Shown piece after piece: positions 57,408 to 64,000 of a stretch of DNA of 64,000 nt. The stretch lies in NCBI GenBank assembly GCA_902614085.1, contig CACMJS010000003.1, positions 84,945 to 148,944 on the forward strand. The letters run 5' to 3'. The DNA is from an uncultured Alphaproteobacteria bacterium (GTDB lineage: Bacteria > Pseudomonadota > Alphaproteobacteria > HIMB59 > GCA-002718135). Position 1 is the first letter of the stretch. Every line of letters begins with the position of its first letter. Made by a program: the position numbers and the translations under genes. The notes under the pieces were generated by a model. The model saw only the letters and a list, made by a program, of their open reading frames with translations. It ran no database searches and was not told where the DNA came from.

Positions 57408-57715
57408 TGAAACCTGGTGAAATAATAACAAAACAAAATAGTGACATTAATTTGAATGATAAAAGTCAATCAATCATCTTAAAAGTTTCAAATAGTGGAG
57501 ATCGACCAATACAAGTTGGTAGTCATTATCATTTTGCTGAAACAAATGAATATTTAAAATTTGATAGAGAAAAATCAAATGGTATGCGTTTAGATATACC
57601 ATCTGGTACAGCTGTTCGTTTCGAGCCTGGTCAATCAAAAGATGTAGAATTAATTCCAATAACGGGAAATAGAAAGATATTTGGTTTTAATAAGAAAGTT
57701 ATGGGTCAATTATAA
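57407..57715 (+). CDS. ureB: urease subunit beta
   Basis: MKPGEI...[20 protein letters not shown]...RFEPG is a canonical UreB sequence. Confidence 0.95.
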   Translation: MKPGEIITKQNSDINLNDKSQSIILKVSNSGDRPIQVGSHYHFAETNEYLKFDREKSNGMRLDIPSGTAVRFEPGQSKDVELIPITGNRKIFGFNKKVMGQL

Positions 57716-59421
57716 TGAAAAAAATAAAAAGAGAAGCTTATGCCGATATGTATGGACCAACAACTGGTGATAAAGTCAGACTTGCCGATACTGAACTCTT
57801 TATTGAGGTGGAAAAAGATTTAACAACATATGGTGAAGAAGTAAAATTTGGTGGAGGAAAAGTTATTCGAGATGGAATGGGTCAATCTCAAGTATCTCGC
57901 AAAGACGGCGCTGTTGATACAGTTATAACAAACGCTTTAATTGTAGATATAAATGGAATTTATAAAGCTGATATTGGTCTTAAAGATGGCTTAATTAATG
58001 AAATTGGTAAGGCTGGTAACCCAGACACACAACCAAACGTAAATATTATTATTGGACCTGGGACAGAAATAATTGCTGGTGAAGGTAAAATTATAACAGC
58101 TGGTGGATTTGATAGCCATATTCATTTTATTTGTCCTCAGCAAATAGACGATGCACTTCATTCTGGTATTACTACTATGTTGGGAGGTGGAACTGGTCCT
58201 GCACATGGTACTTTAGCTACTACAGTTACACCTGGACCATGGCATATAGAGAAAATGATACAATCAGCAGATGCTTTTTCTATGAACTTAGCTTTTGCAG
58301 GAAAAGGAAACGGTTCATTGCCTCAAGCACTTGAAGAACAAGTAATTGCTGGTGCAAGCTCACTAAAATTACATGAAGATTGGGGCACAACCCCAGCAGC
58401 AATAGATAATTGTTTAAATGTAGCTGATGATAATGACATTCAAGTAATGATTCATACAGATACATTAAATGAAAGTGGATTTGTCGAAAGTACAATTAAA
58501 GCAATTAATGGACGAACAATTCACGCTTTTCATACTGAAGGAGCTGGTGGGGGTCATGCACCGGATATAATTAAAGTATGCGGAGAACAATATATTATTC
58601 CGTCATCTACAAATCCAACAAGACCATACACAGTTAATACAGTTGAAGAGCATTTAGATATGTTAATGGTTTGCCATCACTTAGATAAATCAATACCTGA
58701 AGATGTTGCGTTTGCTGAAAGTCGTATTCGCAAAGAAACAATTGCTGCAGAAGATATATTGCATGACATGGGTGCTTTTTCAATTATTGCTTCTGATAGT
58801 CAAGCCATGGGCCGTGTTGGTGAAGTTATTATTAGAACATGGCAAACAGCACATAAAATGAAAGTTCAACGGGGACAATTAAAAGAAGAGCAAGGTGATA
58901 ATGACAATGTAAGAGTGAAAAGATATATTGCTAAATATACAATTAATCCTGCAATAGCTCATGGTATTTCTAATCATATTGGAAGTATCGAAAAAAATAA
59001 ACGTGCTGATATTGTTATTTGGGATACTGCTTTTTTTGGTGTTAAACCTGAAATGGTATTACAAGGAGGAAGTATTGCTTGTGCACAAATGGGTGATCCT
59101 AATGCATCTATACCAACACCACAACCAGTATACTCAAGACCAATGTTTTCTTCTTTTGGAAAATCATTAGAAAAATCTACTGTTACTTTTGTAAGTAAAG
59201 TTTCTTTAGATAAAAATTCATTTAAAAACTCTGGTGTAAGTAAATCTTTGTTACCAGTTAAGAATATTAGAAAAATTTCTAAAAAAGATATGATATTAAA
59301 TGATTATTGTCCAAAAATAGAAGTTAACCCAGAAACTTATGAGGTTTTAGCAGATGGTGAGTTAATTACTTGTGAACCAGCCAAAACACTACCTTTAGCT
59401 CAACGTTATTTTATGTATTAA
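57715..59421 (+). CDS. ureC: urease subunit alpha
   Basis: Active-site motifs [20 protein letters not shown] (carbamylated Lys), MVCHHLD and [15 protein letters not shown]. Confidence 0.97.
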   Translation: MKKIKREAYADMYGPTTGDKVRLADTELFIEVEKDLTTYGEEVKFGGGKVIRDGMGQSQVSRKDGAVDTVITNALIVDINGIYKADIGLKDGLINEIGKAGNPDTQPNVNIIIGPGTEIIAGEGKIITAGGFDSHIHFICPQQIDDALHSGITTMLGGGTGPAHGTLATTVTPGPWHIEKMIQSADAFSMNLAFAGKGNGSLPQALEEQVIAGASSLKLHEDWGTTPAAIDNCLNVADDNDIQVMIHTDTLNESGFVESTIKAINGRTIHAFHTEGAGGGHAPDIIKVCGEQYIIPSSTNPTRPYTVNTVEEHLDMLMVCHHLDKSIPEDVAFAESRIRKETIAAEDILHDMGAFSIIASDSQAMGRVGEVIIRTWQTAHKMKVQRGQLKEEQGDNDNVRVKRYIAKYTINPAIAHGISNHIGSIEKNKRADIVIWDTAFFGVKPEMVLQGGSIACAQMGDPNASIPTPQPVYSRPMFSSFGKSLEKSTVTFVSKVSLDKNSFKNSGVSKSLLPVKNIRKISKKDMILNDYCPKIEVNPETYEVLADGELITCEPAKTLPLAQRYFMY

Positions 59422-59422
59422 A

Positions 59423-59869
59423 ATGCAAACTTCTTTAAAAATAATTCATCACAATCATAATAATAAGGATTTATTAGATGAAATCTCATTATCTTATGAA
59501 GAAAGATTTATTCGTAGAAAAAAACTTATAGCAAATAATGGTACTGAATTTTTAGTTAATCTTGAAGAAACCGTCAGTGTTGATGAAAATAATTTTTTTG
59601 AATTAGATAATGGTGATTTAATTAAAGTCATATCTAAAGAAGAAAATTTAATTGAAATAACGGGTGATAATTTAAAGCAAATCATATGGCATATAGGCAA
59701 TAGACATCTGCCATGTCAAATTGAAGAAAACAGAATTCTTATTCAAGATGATGCTGTAATTCTTGATATGGTTATAAAATTACAAGGAAATGTAAAAAAA
59801 GTTTTTGAAAAATTTAAACCTGAAGGTGGTGCTTATGGTTTGGGCAGAACGCATAGTCACAAGCATTAA
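59423..59869 (+). CDS. ureE: urease accessory protein UreE
   Basis: Position after ureC, the WHIGNRHLP motif, and a short His-containing tail (THSHKH). Confidence 0.85.
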   Translation: MQTSLKIIHHNHNNKDLLDEISLSYEERFIRRKKLIANNGTEFLVNLEETVSVDENNFFELDNGDLIKVISKEENLIEITGDNLKQIIWHIGNRHLPCQIEENRILIQDDAVILDMVIKLQGNVKKVFEKFKPEGGAYGLGRTHSHKH

Positions 59870-59870
59870 A

Positions 59871-60506
59871 ATGAAAAAATTTAAAGATCCTCATCAAATA
59901 TTACAAATATGGTTTTCATCTTCTTTTCCTATTGGTTCTTACGCATACTCTCATGGTTTAGAAGCGTTGATAGATGATAAAAAAATTAAAAATAAAAATG
60001 ATGTTAAAGAATTTTTAGATGCCCTTTTATTTTATGGAACATTAAGAAATGATTATATTTTTATGAAATCTATTTACAAAGGTGGGGAAGTTAATGAATT
60101 AATTTTAGCAAGTGCTGCATCCAAAGAAAGACAAATAGAAATGATAGATATGGGAAATTCTTTTCGTAAAATCATGAAAGATAGCTGGGAATTATTTCTA
60201 CCTGAAAATACATCGTTTATATATTGTTTGGCAAAAGCTGGATTATATTTTGATATTAAGTTTGATGATTTAATTAAGTTTTACTTACAGTCATTTATTT
60301 CTAATTTAATAAATGTATGTGTAAAACATATACCAATGTCGCAAAAAGATGGGCAAAGTCTTAATGTTATTTTTATTAATCAAATTCAAGAATTTTTAAC
60401 TCACTCAGATAAACTGACTCTCAATGATATCGGTACAACTTTTTTTATTGGTGATATTTTTGCAATTAAGCATGAAAACTTAGACTCAAGGATTTATTTA
60501 ACGTGA
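59871..60506 (+). CDS. ureF: urease accessory protein UreF
   Basis: The [15 protein letters not shown] motif. I chose ATG 59871, 1 nt after the ureE stop, rather than the overlapping start at 59805. Confidence 0.85.
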   Translation: MKKFKDPHQILQIWFSSSFPIGSYAYSHGLEALIDDKKIKNKNDVKEFLDALLFYGTLRNDYIFMKSIYKGGEVNELILASAASKERQIEMIDMGNSFRKIMKDSWELFLPENTSFIYCLAKAGLYFDIKFDDLIKFYLQSFISNLINVCVKHIPMSQKDGQSLNVIFINQIQEFLTHSDKLTLNDIGTTFFIGDIFAIKHENLDSRIYLT

Positions 60507-61114
60507 ATAATATAAATGGACCTTTAAAGGTTGGTATTGGTGGTGGAATAGGGACTGGTAAAACGAGCTTAACGGAAGCATTATGTCGTTATCTATCTAA
60601 AAAAGTTTCTATGGCAGTAATATCAAATGATATTTATACAACTGAAGATGCTGAATATTTAATGAAAGCACAAGTTCTACCTATAGAGAGAATTAAAGGT
60701 GTTGAAACTGGTGGATGTCCACATACAGCTATTAGGGAAGACTGTAGTATTAATTTACTTGCAGTAGATGAGATGAAAAAAAAATTTCCAGATTTAGAGT
60801 TAATCCTTATTGAATCAGGTGGTGATAATTTAGCGGCAACTTTTAGTCCAGAGTTAGTTGATTTAACAATTTATATGATTGATGTAGCTCAAGGTGCTGA
60901 CATACCTAGAAAAAAAGCACCAGCAATTAGAAAGTCTGATTTATTAGTAATTAATAAAGTTGATCTTGCTCCATATGTAAATGTTGATTTAGAGCAAATG
61001 AAAGAAGATGTTAATGAAGCCAGAAATGGTTTGCCATATATTTTTGGTGAAATGAAAAATAATGACGGAATTGAAAAAATTTCTGACTTCTTAATATCCC
61101 ATGGCGGATTATAG
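60503..61114 (+). CDS. ureG: urease accessory GTPase UreG
   Basis: P-loop [27 protein letters not shown] and NKVDLAP motifs. GTG start overlaps the ureF stop. Confidence 0.92.
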   Translation: MNNINGPLKVGIGGGIGTGKTSLTEALCRYLSKKVSMAVISNDIYTTEDAEYLMKAQVLPIERIKGVETGGCPHTAIREDCSINLLAVDEMKKKFPDLELILIESGGDNLAATFSPELVDLTIYMIDVAQGADIPRKKAPAIRKSDLLVINKVDLAPYVNVDLEQMKEDVNEARNGLPYIFGEMKNNDGIEKISDFLISHGGL

Positions 61115-61372
61115 CTATACTACTTTTTGCAAAGAATACACTGTATCTGTACTATTAAATTTTGAATCAAATTCTTTAGATTTTGGGTCATCAAATAGAG
61201 CGTAAAATTTTTCTTCATCAGTAACATTACACATAATCATTACATGTCCATCTTTAACGAAAGCCATATCAAAAGCATCTGTATATTTAGCAATGTCATC
61301 TTTAAAAAAATTATATAATTCCATGTAATCTTCTTTAGTAAAAGATCCTTTGGATACAACACATAAATTCAT
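61115..61372 (-). CDS. hypothetical small protein (85 aa)
   Basis: Clean ORF converging on ureG with no spacer. No motif recognised. Confidence 0.4.
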   Translation of the reverse strand: MNLCVVSKGSFTKEDYMELYNFFKDDIAKYTDAFDMAFVKDGHVMIMCNVTDEEKFYALFDDPKSKEFDSKFNSTDTVYSLQKVV

Positions 61373-61383
61373 ATTTATCTCTT

Positions 61384-61422
61384 AAAAAAAATATCCTCAC
61401 CATTTTTCTTAATGGGAGGATA
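61384..61422 (-). terminator. rho-independent terminator (minus strand)
   Basis: The minus-strand RNA UAUCCUCCCAUU-AAGAAA-AAUGGUGAGGAUA forms 12 bp with one bulged A, followed by U8. Confidence 0.7.
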
Positions 61423-61536
61423 AATTTATACGTATCTCATTTTAGCTGCTTGTAAACCGCAATAGAGTCAAATCGTTTATTATTTAAATAATATTTAAAT
61501 ATTAAAATTCAATTACAATTAGAGAGTTAATAGTTA

Positions 61537-61941
61537 CTACTCATATTTTTCAGAATACAAATACGGTATTCCAATAACTAAAATAATATAGAAAACCATA
61601 AAGCCGGCAATAAGAGGTAATACTTCTCCAGCTGGTACTGTGCTAAACGGACCAATAACAAATCCGTAAATTACAAAAAGAATGTTTAAACCTACTAAAT
61701 AATAACCACCACTTCTTTTCATACTGTACAACATATAAATTGTGTAAGCGATTGCTAATTGAAAAACTATGCCCACAATAAAATCCAAAGTGGAAAGTTG
61801 AACATTAAAATCTCCTACAGGTGGTTGCACACCTTGACCTGAAAAATATCCATACGTAATTCGATAAGAGGTATCAATAAAATCAAGAGAGATAAGGATT
61901 AACATAATCCAATGTAGAGGTTTAAATAATCTTTCTTTCAT
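61537..61941 (-). CDS. hypothetical membrane protein (about 4 TM)
   Basis: Four hydrophobic segments. Lies 17 nt downstream of the bactofilin gene on the same strand. Confidence 0.5.
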   Translation of the reverse strand: MKERLFKPLHWIMLILISLDFIDTSYRITYGYFSGQGVQPPVGDFNVQLSTLDFIVGIVFQLAIAYTIYMLYSMKRSGGYYLVGLNILFVIYGFVIGPFSTVPAGEVLPLIAGFMVFYIILVIGIPYLYSEKYE

Positions 61942-61958
61942 GCTAACAAATATAATTA

Positions 61959-62408
61959 CTAATCTTTTTTAATTGCTTCTTGTAATGAAGTATTTTCTTC
62001 TGATGGTTTTGAGTCTTTTTTAATAGGCTGTATCTTATCAGATTTTTTTATATCACCACTGATTTGACCACCAAGCTTAATTTGTAAATTTTGATACTCA
62101 ATGTCACCAGAAGCAATTCCCTGCTCTTGGATTGTTAAGGTGCCAGAAGCTTTTATTTCACCGTCAAATTTTCCCCAGATGTCAGCATTATGTGTTTCTA
62201 TATTCCCTTTGCAATCTCCAGTAGCGCCAATAACTACATTATCAGTTTTCATAGTAATATCTGCTTCACCATCAATCTGAACTTCATCAGCTTTTTTAAT
62301 TTCACCATTAATTGTTACGCCGTGACCAATTACAACTTTTGCAGATCCCTTAGCAGGTCTAAATACATCAGTTGTTGAATTTGTATTATCGTCTTTTTTA
62401 TCAAACAT
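61959..62408 (-). CDS. bactofilin-family cytoskeletal protein
   Basis: Repetitive beta-helix pattern (VVIGHGVTINGEIKKADEVQIDGEADI...GKFDGEIKASGTLTIQEQGIASGDIEYQNLQIKLGGQISGDI) typical of the DUF583/bactofilin family, with disordered termini. Confidence 0.8.
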   Translation of the reverse strand: MFDKKDDNTNSTTDVFRPAKGSAKVVIGHGVTINGEIKKADEVQIDGEADITMKTDNVVIGATGDCKGNIETHNADIWGKFDGEIKASGTLTIQEQGIASGDIEYQNLQIKLGGQISGDIKKSDKIQPIKKDSKPSEENTSLQEAIKKD

Positions 62409-62517
62409 TATACCTCCCTATAGTTTTGTTAATGCAGGTAATCTACAACTGCTATAATTTTCTCAACTAATTAGCATATAAGTATTAATATTTGAAGATA
62501 TATGTAATTTTTACAGG

Positions 62518-63201
62518 TTATTTTTGATGATTTACAACATCAACAAGGATAGCAATCACCAAATTCAATATTGTAATTGAGCAAATTGAAATAAAGCTGA
62601 AAAAATAAATCCATGCCCACCAGTAAATTGCTTGCATTGGCAACATTACATTCTCCCAACTAGATAAAGTTAAAACTTGAAAAAGAGTGATTAGGGATAT
62701 TCCAAGATCGGCCCATCGTTCTGGATCATCTTCACCAAATAAAATTGATCCCATTGTTGCATAAATGTAAAGAATAATAAACAAAAGTAGACTAACAAAA
62801 AATACTCTTTTTATTGAAGCAAGAATAGCTTCTATAATTTTTTTTAATTCAGGGATAACAGATATCAATCGTAACACTCTAAAAATACGAAGAAGACGTA
62901 AAACTAAAAAACTAGAATTATTTGGAATTGGAATTAGTGAGATTGCTACAATGATTGTATCGAATACATTCCAGCCATCTTTTAGGAAATTTTTCTTTTT
63001 TTTTTCTCCAATAAAACGAATTAAAATTTCAATAACAAAAAAAACAGTGATTGCATAATCAAGTAAGTGAATAGTATTTAAAAATATAGGATCTAATTGA
63101 TATGTTGTGGCACCAATAAGAATAGCATTTAGTATAATAATAACTACGACAGAAAATTGAAAAATACGATTATCTTTTAATTTAGCAAAAAAATCTATCA
63201 T
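62518..63201 (-). CDS. voltage-gated ion channel, single-domain 6-TM BacNaV/NaChBac-like
   Basis: S4 with four Arg at every third position (LRLLRIFRVLRL). The pore region TLFQVLTLSSWENVMLP aligns with the BacNaV TLFQVMTLESWS region. S6 is NLVIAILVDVV. Confidence 0.8.
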   Translation of the reverse strand: MIDFFAKLKDNRIFQFSVVVIIILNAILIGATTYQLDPIFLNTIHLLDYAITVFFVIEILIRFIGEKKKKNFLKDGWNVFDTIIVAISLIPIPNNSSFLVLRLLRIFRVLRLISVIPELKKIIEAILASIKRVFFVSLLLFIILYIYATMGSILFGEDDPERWADLGISLITLFQVLTLSSWENVMLPMQAIYWWAWIYFFSFISICSITILNLVIAILVDVVNHQK

Positions 63202-63207
63202 ATTTAT

Positions 63208-64000
63208 TTAAATAGTTTTTAAGTTATCAATTTTTCTATCCATCACAAAAAACCACAAGGGAGGTAATAGTGCCATAATTAACATGATGGAGTAATTAGC
63301 AGGCATCTCTATTGCTTTTTCTTCTTGAGATAAAAGAGGGTAGGGCTTTGATGCGCTCTGATGATGTTCAGCATGAAGACCTAAATTAAATGTCGACCAA
63401 TTAGCAGAAATGTGACGACTATTCCAAGAATGTAAATCTGTAAATCTTTCGTACCTTCCATTTTCTTTTTTTCTTTCTAAACCATAATGTTGAATATAAT
63501 TTACTAACTCCAATAAGATTATGGATACAAAAGAATGAAAGATAATAAAAATTAAACCATTCATACCGGCAATTAAATAAGCACATACTAAAAATAAAAA
63601 TTCTAATACAAAATAATGAATCATTCTATTTTTGGAACTAAAAGTATTGAGATTTTTTCTATCAAGAATATTTTTTTCAATATTCCAAGATGAAATTACA
63701 CTATTGATTACACAGCGAATAAAATAAAAATAAAAATTTTCACCTCTTCTAGCTGTAGCAGGATCTTCTTTCGTAGCTACATTTAAATGATGACCATAAA
63801 TATGTTCTATACGAAAATGACCATAACAACATAAAACTAATAAAAATACTCCTATACCACGCATAAATTTATTTTTTCGGTGAATAAGTTCATGTGCAGT
63901 TGTAATACCGATAGAACCGCCAGACATACCTACAGCCGCTCCTAAAGCAGCAGCTGTTAACAAAGTAATACTAGAATTAGAAACAACGATTAAACCAAAT
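63208..64000 (-). CDS. alkB: alkane 1-monooxygenase (AlkB)/membrane fatty-acid-desaturase-family protein, N-terminus outside the window
   Basis: His boxes HELIHRK, EHIYGHH, NYIQHYGL and LHAEHH. The frame remains open to the window edge upstream of the TTG used by the ORF track. Confidence 0.8.
   Translation of the reverse strand, partial: FGLIVVSNSSITLLTAAALGAAVGMSGGSIGITTAHELIHRKNKFMRGIGVFLLVLCCYGHFRIEHIYGHHLNVATKEDPATARRGENFYFYFIRCVINSVISSWNIEKNILDRKNLNTFSSKNRMIHYFVLEFLFLVCAYLIAGMNGLIFIIFHSFVSIILLELVNYIQHYGLERKKENGRYERFTDLHSWNSRHISANWSTFNLGLHAEHHQSASKPYPLLSQEEKAIEMPANYSIMLIMALLPPLWFFVMDRKIDNLKTI

Noticed and set aside
57197-59700. A series of 60-90-aa ORFs on the opposite strand or in other frames inside ureA/ureB/ureC/ureE (57197-57469, 57474-57659, 57991-58206, 58131-58334, 58280-58495, 58961-59170, 59494-59700).
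   Set aside because: They lie wholly inside genes with unambiguous urease motifs. Their translations are low-complexity and have no SD or start context. These are shadow ORFs.
54706-61114. An integrated genomic island at tRNA-Arg, delimited by a direct repeat of the tRNA 3' end.
   Set aside because: I did not see a second copy of the tRNA 3' segment (TTCGAATCATGCCGGGCAC) downstream, and there is no integrase gene. My visual scan is not exhaustive, so island status is left as a hypothesis under findings rather than asserted.
62190-62378. A plus-strand 62-aa ORF opposite the bactofilin gene.
   Set aside because: It is a shadow ORF of the repetitive beta-helix coding sequence.
1-64000. CRISPR arrays, rRNA genes, prophage or IS elements, and long tandem repeats.
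   Set aside because: I saw no regularly spaced direct repeats, rRNA-like GC-rich blocks or phage/transposase-like ORFs anywhere in the window.

Overview
This is a very AT-rich (roughly 29-30% GC by eye), extremely gene-dense bacterial chromosome segment. It looks like a streamlined marine alphaproteobacterium of the SAR11/Pelagibacterales type. Proteins are rich in K, N and I. Many start and stop codons overlap, and three convergent gene pairs share overlapping stop codons (TTAA or CTAA). I saw no transposases, integrases, CRISPR arrays or rRNA genes.

Layout:
- 1-9.3 kb: conserved core block tmk-holB-metG-tatD-MBL hydrolase, then small-molecule enzymes and selO.
- 9.4-24.8 kb: an accessory-looking stretch with five DMT/EamA transporters, an MFS transporter, oxygenases, and a tightly coupled three-gene operon of unknown function.
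- 24.8-27.4 kb: an 870-aa fusion protein (2x cNMP-binding-like, PlsC-type acyltransferase, SGNH hydrolase).
- 27.5-34.9 kb: peptidase, aminotransferase, photolyase-related protein, NUDIX hydrolase and pcs.
- 34.9-38.4 kb: two tandem glutamine-riboswitch-like aptamers, a hairpin and uORF, then a circularly permuted ATP-grasp / alpha-E / transglutaminase operon.
- 41.2-49.3 kb: a minus-strand array that includes two tandem paralogous membrane-anchored GSDH-type beta-propeller dehydrogenases coupled to a GH32/68-like protein.
- 49.6-54.2 kb: FGGY kinase plus a sugar-type ABC binding protein and two permeases, with no ATPase.
- 54.7-61.1 kb: tRNA-Arg(CCT) abutting a DDAH-like gene, a YczE-like membrane protein and a complete ureDABCEFG cluster.
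- 61.1-64 kb: bactofilin, a short BacNaV-type channel with an unusual selectivity filter, and a partial AlkB-like monooxygenase.

All functional calls come from motifs I recognise by eye in the supplied translations. No database search was run. The candidates most worth follow-up are the riboswitch-controlled ATP-grasp operon and the cNMP/acyltransferase/SGNH fusion.
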